Positions 49,000 through 61,443 of a stretch of DNA of 64,000 nt are shown one piece after another. The stretch is from contig OX638150.1 in assembly GCA_951804945.1 (NCBI GenBank), positions 74,896,001 to 74,960,000 of the forward strand. The letters are read 5' to 3'. Source of the stretch: Podarcis cretensis. Its lineage: Eukaryota. Positions within the stretch are counted from its first letter, which is position 1; each line of letters opens with the position of its first letter. Below the pieces are notes generated by a model. The model was given only the letters and a program-made list of their open reading frames with translations, made no database searches and had not been told where the DNA came from. Position numbers and translations under genes: made by a program.

Positions 49000-50300
49000 T
49001 AATGGGCGATACCTTTCAAACAGTGTGTGTGAACCGCGTCATGTGATCGATTCTGCGGGGCGGGGCTTACCTGCCCCTCCCCTCCAATATTGTATTCAAG
49101 TTGGTGGGAGCTAACTTACTTTCCCCTGCCCCAATATCTTCCACCGGGGCACCCACCCACTATGCCGATTAATACCCAAACCTACCTCACAGGGCTGTGG
49201 CAAAAAATCGCAAGGCGATGTATGTGGAGCGTTTGAAGGCGCTCTCAAAAAGGGGCTGGGGCGACTTGAGAGTTTGGAGTTTCTTAGCTGGGCTGCGAGT
49301 TTCCGCTGCCGGCTCCCGCTGTCACCCTCTAAGCAGCCTGCGCAAGAGAAGAGCCGGCGCTGGGGAGCAGGAAGTGCTCCCTGTAGAAGGGCCCTGGACG
49401 TGCCCAAGCCTGCCGTTTAAAACCTGGCCTTTGGGCGCGCGCTCGCTCTCTCTCTGGTTGGCAACCAGGATTAATTCACTCGGGCCCGGGCGACGGGAAA
49501 GGGGTGTTAAACCCCGGAACTTGGCGCCAAGGCCAGCCCTGAAGGCGAGAAGACAGGCGGGACCCCGCTGCAAAGGTGCATTGGCGCGCTCGGCTCTCCC
49601 TCCCCTCCCTCCGCAGTAACCCTAACCAGCTCCCTCCCTCCCTCTCAGGAAGTCCTGAACCAGAGGCGTCTTCTGCCTCTTTCCGAAAGCTCCCCCCCCC
49701 CAGCTCGGCCACGTGCGCCCGAGCCCCCTCCTTCCACTCGCTCGGCTTGGGACGGAGGCAAGGCTGCCCCCCGTGGGATTGGCCCCGCCTGAGGCCGGCG
49801 GGCGGGCGGGCTGGAGGCAGGACTGTCCCCGCGCCCAGCCTTCCTCCGCCGCCGCTGCCGCGAGTGCAGCAGAACCCGGCAGCAGGAGGAGGGCTGGAGG
49901 CAGGCAGTGGCTTCTGCGGCGACCGGAGAGGTGGGTGAGCGGGGCAGGGCGGGACCCGGGGAGGCTGCCCGAGAAGCTCCCCCTTGGGCGGCGCGGGCGC
50001 GGCAGCGGCAGCGCCTGGCACCGCCGGCCCTTGCGCCTGCAGGGAGGAGGGAGAGAGGTTCCTGCGGAACTACTTGTTTACTTAGCAGCCGGGGCGGGAA
50101 GGCGCGTCCTGAGGGGGCTGGGGAGGGGCGAGCTGGCTCGGCGCCCCTCGGACGCCCACACTCCTGACCGCTATCCTCACAAACGCGCCTCGTTCTTCTC
50201 CACGTTCAGCTCTGCTATAGGACGACCCCCCTCTTCGGAATCGACTGCGGCTTCCCAGTCCCGCTGCCTGCGTTGTATGGCCGGCCTTTCCCCCTGTCAG
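49000..50300 (+). promoter_or_regulatory. CpG island; ACY1 promoter and non-coding exon 1
   Basis: CpG/GC-rich region with GC boxes, CACGTG and ATTGG about 2 kb upstream of the first ACY1 coding exon; candidate donors GAG|GTGGGT (49931) or GG|GTGAGC (49935). Confidence 0.8.
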
Positions 50301-51208
50301 GTGGAGCCTGCTTCCACAAACGCATTCTCTTCTCCCCTGCCCTCAAATGCTTCATTTAAAAAAGAAACGAGAAACGAAAGCAGCAGCATTTTCCAGCACT
50401 GTCAATGCCCCAAACTTCCCCTGGCCAAATCTGCCTCTGCTCGTTTTCTAAAAGTTTCCCTCTCGATGCCCGCTGCCTTAATATCTTGCTGTCTCCCAGC
50501 GCCCTGTGCCTGTTTAACACGAATCTAGCTTTGCAAAGCAAGTCCACCGAAGTTACAACCTCTGGCCAACTTTTTTGCTCGCCTACTGTACCTGCCTATG
50601 CCTGCCTATTTGAAGCGCCTGGTTGCACTGACTGTGGTAGATAAGCGACTCTACAAGCCTTCCTTCTTGCCACACAGCAGTGTATTGTGGACTCAGTGCT
50701 GCTGATACATTCAGGTTTTTTTGGTGTGTTTTTAAAAAATGAATAGCATCAATGCTGCCCACATGAAACTGCCACCCCATGTTATTTTCCTGACTAATCA
50801 ACTATGATGTGTGGATGTTATGAAATATTTCCATGCTTGAGCAGCACCTTCTTCACAATAAATTCTGCTGGGCAGAAGTGTCTGCAGTCTTTCTTCTCAT
50901 ACCTTTTCTTTTAAAACAAAACAAAACAAACGCCCCCCCAAAAACCCTACTTCCCATACTTGCTCTTCTCCACTTAATGCTCTCTCTCCCAATTCTATGC
51001 TCACCAGTTTCCTTAACACCTAATCACCAGAAATTTCTCCTGTGCTATTAATTTTACCCACCTCCCTTCTATTCTAGTCACTGCCATGATGTCTAAAAAA
51101 ACCCAATATTGAGTCTTCAATATCCTACAGCATTATTGTCTTATTAAAAGGAGAGCACAAACTCTTGACCTTTATATCATAGAGTTCCCTCAATACGGGT
51201 CTTGAACC

Positions 51209-51357
51209 CAGTGCTTTTTTTTCTTTAAAAAAAAAGCTTAGTGGTACTCTCATTTTCCTACTTGTATTGAAATACTGCCCCTCAATGGGGCCAAACTTAG
51301 ATTCACAAAATGTTTCGGGGTATGCATACCCCTGCGTCCCCCCAGAAAAAAGCACTG
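51209..51357. mobile_element. hAT-type MITE
   Basis: TIR CAGTGCTTTTTT / AAAAAAGCACTG; perfect 8-bp TSD CTTGAACC. Confidence 0.9.
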
Positions 51358-52224
51358 CTTGAACCCATCTGTTAGGAGCAGCTACACATTGATAATGCAA
51401 GTTGTACCTATTTACAGCTGTCTGACTGGCAGTAATTCAATGGATGCAGCTTTCTTCACACCTGTAGGGCATGGCTATCTATACCTGTGGAGTTTCTGTG
51501 GTGAATGCGGGACACAGTCAGCAGGGGGTGTGTGGAGGTGGCAACGCTACTCCCAATTTGTAGGTCAGTTTCGCAGCCTTCTGTGTTTCCAGCACCTTTT
51601 GCTAAGCTGCCTGTTTGAATGCTTCCATGTAGGTGTTAAGAGAACACATCACCCGTTACTCTTGCCATTACTGTACAGTCATTTCTCGTTTCCAGCAAAA
51701 GTTGCCTTGTGCTCTAGCCCAAGAGCTCTATACTAGACACATTACCCAGAAGAAGCTGTTGTAGAAAGTGCACATGGCCATGCTCATTTTCAGATTAAAC
51801 CTTGTGACCTTCATAGTAGTAGGTGTAATTGAGTTGAAAGAAAGCCTTGATTGGGATTTTTCCCCCACTTGGGTGCAATGATGATTTCCCTCAAGTGCTG
51901 AGCTCAGCTTTCATAGCTTTGGATGTGTGTTTTTTGAACCATTACAATTTTGGGAGCGAATCCATTTTGGGGAAGTTTTTAAATTACCAGTCAATTATTG
52001 GTGCCATCTGGCAATTTCCTCCTGTTGCTGCAGCCTCGGGAAAGCGAGAGAAGGCACAGCAGGAATTAAATGTGGTTATACAAGTTAGTACCTGTAGCAG
52101 TGCAATTCCACTCTGAACAGTAAATAAGGGAGAATGATATTCTTGCTCTTACTCTCTGCATTTCCTATGTATTCACTTCTTAATTTCACAGAGGACTCTA
52201 ATATCCTGTGTCCAGAAGGCTAAC

Positions 52225-52342
52225 ATGCTGCCAGAGAAAGACCCTAAAAGGCAAGGGGAGAAGGACCCCCAAGAAGATCCATCAGTCACCCTCTTCCGGG
52301 AATATCTGAGAATCAAGACTGTCCAGCCAGAGCCTGATTATG
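52225..52342 (+). CDS. ACY1: Aminoacylase-1 first coding exon (MLPEK...[21 protein letters not shown])
   Basis: Recognisable ACY1 N-terminus; acceptor tttcacag| at 52191/52192, donor TATG|GTACGG, phase 1. Confidence 0.96.
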
Positions 52343-55014
52343 GTACGGAGGGTGTTTTCTTTTTCCTCTTTCATTTTAAAAAGGCGAAGTTCTGCTGCTG
52401 TCTACTTGACTGGTGTCACTGCTGGAGCTTTGCAGAAACATTACATAATCAGCAACCAATGGGAGTCCATTCGGAGGCTGGTTACTTTAGCAGCTGGAGG
52501 TAATGTTCCTGCATCATTTGCCAGAGTGAACAAAACAAATTGATTTCTAGAGTTCATTTGAAATGGTTTTATCTCACCTGTTCTGGCTAAGATGCACTGA
52601 ATGCATTTGCAACATACAGCATAATTTAAAGAGGAAAAACCATCTAGTTGGAATTATGCATCCCTGGATATATTTACATAGACCTATGATTATCTGTGCT
52701 GTGATCATTTGGTCCATATGAATTATTCTGAGTACAGCTTGTAAGTATCTATCTAGCACCACCACCCCATGTTTCATATGTATTATTTTCAATATTTAGC
52801 CTTTATAATCACATAGATAAGCCTGACTTCCATTTCCCCTCAGCACTTAAACTGTGCTATAAAGAGTGAGGGGAAATATCTTTCCTCTCACTTTATAACA
52901 TGCATTTCATTGCTTTCTTTTTTAAAACAACATCCCATCAGAGTTTGCCAGGACCTAATTGGTCTGCTTCTATGCCACTGTTTCTCTGGGAAGCTCAGTA
53001 CAACATTTTAGCCTTATTAAACACACACAAACACAACTGTGAGCAGAGATATTTTTGGGACAATTTTTATTAAATTGTTAATTAAAATATCCAGATAAGA
53101 TATGTAAAATTGACAAGAAAATTAACCGTTATAATACAATCTAGTACATTTGCCATCTTTTCAATGCATCATTGCATTTTCTACTTCAGAGTCAGAACAT
53201 TTCTCTAGCCTCCTTTTCCAACTCAATCAAATCATAACATAAAAATACTTTCAGACAGGGTATCTTGCAACAATGGTAACGTGTCCCATGACATTTCCCC
53301 GTGGTTTGGTTTGCTGCCCATAGAAGACTAGAATGTAAAGAAAGTGGTTGTGCTAGAACCCTTTCCGCTGACAAAAAGTTTTATATGTGCGAGCAACATT
53401 TTTATATGCTGAAATGTTCAGCCATGTTAGCCTGCCACCATCTTCAGTCTGAGTGATTCAGACCAGACACAAACTTACTATTTCTGTAAAAGTTCCTGAG
53501 GACTAGATGCACAAAATTCCTTACTATGCTGAAGAACCAACATAACTTGATTGGAGACATTCTCAACATTAGGAAAATAGGGAAGCCACAACTGATATGG
53601 AGTAGGCCGATGAAAACACAATTCAACACAGTTAAATAAGGCGACAGACAGCCCTATACTCACTTCTGTGAGAGTAAGTCCCACTGAGCCCAATGGGGCC
53701 TGTTTCACAGTGGAAGGATTCACATAGGATTGAACTATTAACCGCTTAACAGGTTTATGCATGAGTCTCTCTTTGTTGGATTATAGCCTTCTGCCAAAAT
53801 CCAGAGAACAATTTTAGAAGAACACAAGGTCTTGAATGTGCCCAGTCGGACTTCTGCCCTTTCCCACTTTGAACAGCAAATCACCATACTGTAGAACAAA
53901 CATCTTTTGACACTTTCTTGAGTTTCGGAAATACTTGGCAGGAACTTTTGAAAGCTACTACTGGAGAAATGCACATCAATAACCCCAGTGGTCCTCAGTA
54001 GGCAGAGGAGCAGAAGAAACTTGCTAGACCAGAATGGAATGTTTCATAAAATGCAAGTCACATGGAAGCTCCAGTTTCAGGGTGTGTGTGTGGGGGGGGG
54101 GGTTTGTTTGTTTGTTTAAAATTTCTGTTCCTTGCATGATTCAGTCAATTCCTCAAAAGATTCAAGTCACATTTCCAACCCATGTACGTTGTTTCAGCAG
54201 ACTTAACCTTCCTACCTTCACCTTCCTAACCATGATTCCTTCCCAGTGCGGATGAACACAGTATAGGCCAGGGATGAGGAACCTGTGACCCTCCCAGAGA
54301 TTTTTTTGACTCCAGCTCACATCAGCCCCAGCCAGCAAGGGATTGTGGGAGTTGTAATATCTGGATGACCCTAGTTTCCCCACTACTGATATAGAGTGCA
54401 GGTTGTGCCTCAGAGGACATCAGATAGGGATGTGATATCCCTTTCTCTTCCTCCACTCCCACTCATGCTTGGTGGACAAATCCCTACATACGGCTTTTTG
54501 AGTCGCCATTTGAAAGAAATAATGTGTTCCATAGGCTGTCAGATCAGAAAGTAATTTGGAGGGGTTTAATGGTGATATTTTGCACCCAAAGCTACTCAGA
54601 AGTGTGAAACAGCAGATGTTAATAGCTTATCTAAGAAACACTTTGCTGCTTTTCGAACTTTGGTGCTGAGTGAAGTCCACATTCCAGAGCTTACTTCAGA
54701 CAAGTATTGCCCCTCTGTTATCCTGAAGTATTAATGAGTCACAAAGTGAGGGGATTTAAGCCTTGTTTTCATGGCAACAGGAGTAAATCTGTATGCACTG
54801 AGCACTCAAGTGAGTTAAGCTGGAAGAGAATTTTTTGTCTGTCGTATACATTGGCTCTCATCCACTTCGTTCAGGCAGACACTGAGTTGCAGTCATGTGA
54901 ACCCTTGTCCTCAGTATACTCAGCCTAAAGTTGGCAAAGTTAGCCTTTCTAAGTCACCTTGTAACTCAGGCTCCTGTTCCCATATCACATAGTTTGAAGT
55001 AAGGCCACTGAAGC

Positions 55015-55244
55015 CAGCACCTCTGGTTACAAACTTAATTTGTTCCGGAGGTCCGTTCTTAACCTGAAACCGTTCTTAACCTGAGGTACCACTTTAGCTA
55101 ATGGGGTCTGCCGTGCTGCCACTGCACAATTTCTGTTCTCATCCTGAGGTAAAGTTCTTAACCTGAGGTACTACTTCCGGGTTAGCGGAGTCTGTAACCT
55201 GAAGTGTTTGTAACCCAAGGTGTTTGTAACCCGAGGTACCACTG
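55015..55244 (-). mobile_element. Tc1/mariner MITE (CAGTGGTACCTCGG family)
   Basis: Right TIR CCGAGGTACCACTG-TA intact, left TIR degenerate. Confidence 0.85.
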
Positions 55245-56003
55245 TACCCTGGAATGAGTGGCTTAAAGGCTGCAGTCCTAGCCTGCCTGGTGCATCTGAA
55301 TTGCATTACATTGGCCTTTTTGAGCTAGGGTCAAAATTCATATGAGAAGTGAGATTGTGTATTTTAATTGTGTTTATTTTAATTGTATGGGTGGCACCCT
55401 TGCATGTCCACCTACTGCATGGCGGCCATTGGAAAGTTGTTGAAAAGAAAGCCTCTGTGTGGTAGCCCCCTTGCCACCCAAGAGCTGGCCTTATGTACCT
55501 GCCACATGCTTGCAGCGTGTGCTGGATATACCAGAGGGAGAAATGGCTCTTGTGCAATGCACACTGAAAATCAAATCCCAGGCATGGCAGAGGGTACACA
55601 TGACAGGATTGCTATGGGCAACCTCATTCAGTCTTTTGTTTACACTGTCACCAACTGTGTGTCTGGCTGGTTCTGTGAATAGTCTAAAGAAAAATGGCCA
55701 AGTCATTTTGGGGAAAAATAAAACCAAAAAAACCAATTTTATTATTACAAACCTGCACTGGATTACTATTTGCATTTTACTTATGTCAACTTGCTTCAGT
55801 TCAAGCAAAGCAATGGCTTACTGCTCCGCTGCTTTGCCAGAAAGAACACTTACAAGAACTTTTGTAACTAAGAATTATTGCCTTAGGAGGCAATCCCCCC
55901 TCCCATCTTCTGCATGCGGTGATGGTGGGGGCGGAGGGGATTGTATAGATCATTTTTCAAAACAGCTCCTATGGCCTTTAGCCTGGCCTGGGATCCACTT
56001 GAT

Positions 56004-56139
56004 CAGGCATAGGCAAACTCCGGCCCTCCAGATGTTTGGGACTACAATTCCCATCATCCTTGACCACTGGTCCTGTTAGCTAGGGATGATGGGAATTGTA
56101 GTCCCAAACATCTGGAGGGCCGGAGTTTGCCTATGCCTG
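56004..56139. mobile_element. hAT-type MITE forming a near-perfect hairpin
   Basis: 56-bp perfect inverted arms, 24-nt loop; 8-bp TSD CACTTGAT / CACTAGAT. Confidence 0.93.
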
Positions 56140-57669
56140 CACTAGATCCTGAGCTACCCACCCACCCACTGCCATCACTTGGTGGCATTAGACTTCTGCT
56201 GCCGCCTGGCTGGGATTAGGATTGCTCTCGCGAGTTTGCCTTTTTCCTCCTCCTTAGCAATTCATTTTCCTTCCATTTTGTGTATTTTAAATTATAAACC
56301 TGAGGGTAGGGTCCATCTTATTACAGGCTGTTGTAAGCTGGTCTAGGAGCCTTTTCCAGCCGAAGAATAGACTGAAAAATACTTTAGGTAAAATGTTACA
56401 ATCCTATTTAGCTGTATAGGATATGCAGGCTGGGATGCATCCCACTTGTGAATGTTAGTGGGAGAAAGAAAAGTGCAAGAGAGCCATAATTAGCTGTTGT
56501 GCGTTTTTCACTTACAGAAGCAGGAGAAGCCCATTTAAGTGTTGCTTGTGAAAAAGTCTCAGTGGAGAAAGTCTTGGCTTGGGTCCATGAAGAGGGCATC
56601 ACCTCTTCAATGATGAAACCATTAGGTTCTTACTGGACTATCATTGTTGCACACTTTTGAGCTAGGCAGAAGGAAACTGTATGGATTGTTTCCCGTGCCC
56701 AAGGAGAGAAGGGCAATAGGAGGACTGCGCCAGGAAACTCCAGCACAAAGCGTTTGCAGGGAGAAAAGATTTGTTGTTGAATTCCACCCCCCCACACACA
56801 CCCTCCCCTGTTTTGCTGGAGGGGCCCTGCAGGGAGAAGAATCCATCAAAGGGGACTTAATAAGGTCTGTTTCCTGTTTGCTTGGCCAAGTAAACTCCTG
56901 AGAGGAACCACAGAATGAAAGCAAAAGATTTTTACCCCCCCCCCTCCGTTTGTTTTGCCCTACTGGGTCAAGGAGGCCCACATAGAAGGTTCTGAAATAG
57001 AGAGGGGCTGCCAGAAGGAGAGGGCTAGTTTTGCAAAAAAACAACACTTAATGCTCTCTGGACACAGTCAGTAGTATGCAGTTGACCATGTAGTCCTTGC
57101 AGAAATTGATTTAATCTACAAGGAAAATAAGGCAACGCTGCTCCATGCAGGCCTACCATCTTTAGAAAGCTTTAACTTCTCATCATGCCTTGGCTGGTCA
57201 AACTGGCTAGTCAACTGGGGGGGGGGGCGGCGCAGGGAGAATGGATGGATAGAAAGTGTGCAATGGGAAGCATTGGAAATTAGCAGCACTGACAAGACTT
57301 GAGAACCTTTCCAGATTAAATGACAAAATATGTCAAAATAATCCTCAGAGCAATATTCAGGCAGAAGAATAGCGGAAGGGGAGGGCAAGACAGGCCTTTT
57401 CTTTACTTGACACACTGGGCTTCAGAGGAAAAAAAATGAAAAAATGCAAACTGCTCTTGTTGCTTCCCCCTTGCCCAACAATTGTGTCCATCTGCAAAAA
57501 CCAGTGTGGAGTGAGAGATCAGCCTCTGTCCTGAAGCCTCATCTTCTGCCAATTTCAGGGTTGCATTATTGCCACTGCAATATAAGAGAGCTTTCCATAT
57601 AAGCAAATGCTGGAATGACACCCAAAAATTCTGCACTTTTTTGGGAAATATTCGTTGTACATAGAAATA

Positions 57670-58020
57670 TTAGAGGTTTGAACACCCCTTCCCAGTGATG
57701 GGAGAGCATTCCAGCGTGTTATCAGAAGGCAAAACGGGTTCACAATTTTGGACAAGAAAAAGGAGACTAACTATGATCCAGCTGGCAGAGTGCTGGGTGG
57801 ACTTCGGAGAACCAGTGTGGCCCCATATTTACCAGATGATTTTATGCTTTCGGCTGCGTGTCTTTCCGAATACCTCTTTCTACATCTCTTTACCCTGCCT
57901 TTTGACATGAGGTGTATGTTTTTAGGACCATCCTTATGTCTGTAATTATAAGTTTTAATATTGTGCTATGCTGTGTTTTAATGTAACCCACCTTGGGATG
58001 AAGAGCAAGTAATAAATAAG
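57670..58020 (+). mobile_element. Old L2 3' fragment
   Basis: gtgtggccccatatttaccagatg...aatacctctttc...aatgtaacccaccttggg with an (AAT)-like tail. Confidence 0.5.
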
Positions 58021-58376
58021 AATATAATACAGTAATGCTTGCTATCATTCAAAACGTTCAATCGAAAATACTTAAGACAAAGAACTGCTTTAGGTAATAT
58101 GAAACAGAGGGCTCAAACAAGAGGCCTTTGCGACATTTTGCAAAGAAACATGCAAAAGCCAGGGTATGCAAACAAGATGTATTCCCAAAAATATTTTAAA
58201 ACCTTGTCTGATGCTTCAACTCCATTTGCTGTCCATCTCTGGGGAAAATTCTACTGCTCATACTGCATTGGGTACAATGGATGTGCAACTTTTTGTAGAG
58301 GCTACACTGATAATTTGAGTAAGTTTTATTGAATTGCTTCATGTTGTATGCTGCCTTGGTAATTTATGGTTTTATG

Positions 58377-58602
58377 TATTTATTATTGCATTTCTATGTT
58401 GCCTTTCCTCCAAGGAGCTTGAGGTGGTGTGCATGTTTCCTCTTCCTCCCCATTTTATCCTTACAGCAACCCTGTGAGGTAGGCTAGGCTGAGAGTGAGT
58501 GATTGGCACAAGGTCACCCAGTGAGCTTCATGGCTAAGTGAGGATTTGAACCCTGGTCTCCCATTCTCAGTCCAACACTCTAGCCACTACACCACACTGG
58601 CT
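58377..58602 (-). mobile_element. MIR/CORE-type tRNA SINE, older copy
   Basis: Reverse complement has a tRNA head and CORE-like body (cattttatccttacagcaaccctgtgaggtagg). Confidence 0.8.
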
Positions 58603-58736
58603 GTCTCTTAAGGCCAATCCATAAATGCTTTTAGTAAATTCATAAGTAAAATAAATGTCATTGACTGAAAGGTGGTTAAAGCGATGTATTTCATTGATAT
58701 GTGGTTTTTACAGCTGCTTCTCCTCTCTCCTTCCAG

Positions 58737-58801
58737 ACACAGCAGTGAAATTCTTGGAGAGGATAGGCTCTGAACTTGGCCTACAGTGTCAGAAAGTGGA
58801 G
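58737..58801 (+). CDS. ACY1: ACY1 second coding exon (DTAVKFLERIGSELGLQCQKVE)
   Basis: ccttccag| ... GAG|GTAATT, 65 nt, phase 1 to phase 0. Confidence 0.95.
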
Positions 58802-59964
58802 GTAATTAATGAGAAAGCCATTGCCCCGTCTCAGTTCTGTCAGGATGTCTGATCACCCATCTCCAATTTACTGCTACGTAGTCTCTCAAAGCTTATGACT
58901 TGGTAAAGGAGGTGCCATTAATCTCCTGTCATACAGGAAGCTTTGGGCTAAAGTAAATGGTTACTGGCTCTCAAGAACATTGTTCTGTTTGTTCCTTTAA
59001 AGTACTTCTAGGCCTCCCTTGACCAAGACACATTTCAGAGCTGGGTACAATGAGCATGAATAAAACTATTCATACCAGATGCAAAAACAACAAAACATCA
59101 GTATTAATAACGAGCTAGCAAAATGAGAGGCATAAATAAAACTGTAAAACTATACTGCCTAAAGAATTATAACGCGGAGCTCTAGTTCCACCACCACAGA
59201 CTCAAATTTGATAATCACAATGGTACATGTCTTTTAAATTCCGTCTCATCTGCTTATTCTCTTAACCTCTGCAAGAGGGATATTTCTTAACATTCTTGGA
59301 TTGTTGTCACTGTCAAACTTCCATGTGTTTTAAGTACCAGGAATAAGAAGATGGCGTTGGATTCACATGAGCAAAGTGTCCACAAAGCTCCTGTTAGTCA
59401 TGGGTGAAATGTAGACCACAATTTTAGATTCCGTAGTTGGAATCACTGCATTAAGTTTACAACCCCTTATTATTTCCTTGTGGCCACAGAAATGTGCTCT
59501 TTAACACTTCTCCAGAGAAGACTTATTATTGACAGTTTGGGCCTGAGATACAGATAATCAGTCAATCCTAGTGGTGAAATAATGTTGGCATTCCTTATTT
59601 GTTAATCGTGTAAATCCTCTCTGCTGCTGGTGATAATGTTTTACACAAATGATCACCGGTTCTATTACAATACTGGTGTCCAATACCAGCACCTGGTACG
59701 GAGGCTGGAGTGAGAGCCGCAAATTAATGACCTCAAAATAGTGCCTAGCAGAGGTTCCAAAGAGACTGAGGGCCATATTCTCCTAATGAGAATTTCCACT
59801 TGCACAATGGGACTCCCCCCACTTCCCTCCTTGTGTGTGCCCTGAACCCTCCCCCAAATCTTTTCCAAAGGGTTGGGGGAACCCCTAGAACAGATTTAGG
59901 GGGTGTGCAGGGGAAAAAAACATTCTGTTGTACAAAGAGAAATCCAGAGTCTTCCCCTCCTATC

Positions 59965-60100
59965 CAGAGTCAGAGGCACTAATGCTTCTGAATATCAGTT
60001 GCTGGAAACCATAGGAAGCTCTTGTGCTTGGGTCCTCCTTGCAGGTTTCTCACAGGCATCTGGTTGGCCACTGTGAGAGCAGGATGCTAGATTAGATGCT
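59965..60100 (+). mobile_element. CR1 3'UTR fragment
   Basis: gcttctgaatatcagttgctgg...ggcatctggttggccactgtgag, partly shared with 30960..30980. Confidence 0.65.
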
Positions 60101-60596
60101 AGACAAGGAGGCCATGGGGAAGAAGAATTGAGGATCAAGGGAGGACTTGGGATGGAGCCAAATGGGTTTTTTTGGTGGGGAAGAGAGAGGAATTCCCGAG
60201 ATAGAGCTCTTCAGGACCACATGTGTTGGCCTGACTTGAAGGGTGGAATAGAAACATAATAAATAAATGGTTTCATAGGCAGTCTTGAACAAGTTTTGAT
60301 TAATTATGCCCCCTTGATTTGTGTGGTTCAAGGTAGTGGTGGTGAGGAATGTCTTCAGATTTATTCTCAGGCAACCTTCTGATTAAGCCACGCTGCAGGA
60401 AGCATTCTGATAATGCTGGTGCTCATATTGGCTGTTTTATAATTTGTTGCAGCCCTCGTGCAGCCTATAATCTCTTCATGAGCTGGCTATCCCATTAATC
60501 TCTTATTACCATGTTCTCAGGCTATTCTTGAACAGATCCAGCCTGACCTTTCCTGCATTAGGGCCTGTATTTAGACTGATTATTGTTACAAATTAA

Positions 60597-60958
60597 AGGT
60601 AAAGGTAAAGGTACCCCTGCCCGTACGGGCCAGTCTTGACAGACTCTGGGGTTGTGCGCCCATCTCACTTAAGAGGCCAGGGGCCAGCGCTGTCCGGAGA
60701 CACTTCCGGGTCACGTGGCCAGCGTGACATCGCTGCTCTGGCGAGCCAGAGCCGCACACGGAAACGCCGTTTACCTTCCCGCTGGTAAGCGGTCCCTATT
60801 TATCTACTTGCACCCGGAGGTGCTTTCGAACTGCTAGGTTGGCAGGCGCTGGGACCGAGCAGCGGGAGCGCACCCCGCCGCAGGGATTCGAACCGCCGAC
60901 CTTTCGATCGGCAAGTCCTAGGCGCTGAGGCTTTAACCCACAGCGCCACCTGCGTCCC
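60597..60958 (-). mobile_element. Sauria SINE, young subfamily
   Basis: Full length; 15-bp TSD ATTGTTACAAATTAA (60582-60596 / 60959-60973). Confidence 0.95.
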
Positions 60959-61407
60959 ATTGTTACAAATTAATGCCATGCAAAAACGAAAACTTTTTTT
61001 TTTTTTTTAAAGGAGTGATTTGTGTTCTTTTCTCTATTCCTATGTATAGTTAAAGGCTAATTCTCCCCCAAAATGTTAAAATTTAAATGGGTCAGTTTCA
61101 AATATTGGAGTTTGCCTCTACCTCAGTCTTTATCATAATAGTCAAGGGTACTTTAAAAGGACTAGCAACCATAAGCCTATATGAATTTCCCAGAGTCCTG
61201 TATCTGTTCCGGACTCCGTCCAGTGATCTCTGGAACTTCTCTGTGTTGGAAAGTACTGCATTTTGTTATGCCGTTGGAGGACTGCAGGTATGGACCTGGA
61301 CCCTCAGAAGCAGATTGGGGCTGCCTGATTTTGCCATAAGGAGACACTGTGTTTGCCTGAATTCCGAAGCTCATTTTGATTCAGCCTGTGGCACGGTATC
61401 TCACACC

Positions 61408-61408
<1 letters not shown>

Positions 61409-61443
<35 letters not shown>

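Noticed and set aside
49111-50528. ORFs up to 271 aa
   Set aside because: CpG-island artefacts around the non-coding ACY1 exon 1.
55459-56079. 206-aa ORF in an ACY1 intron
   Set aside because: Non-ATG start, runs through low-complexity sequence and into a MITE; no motif.
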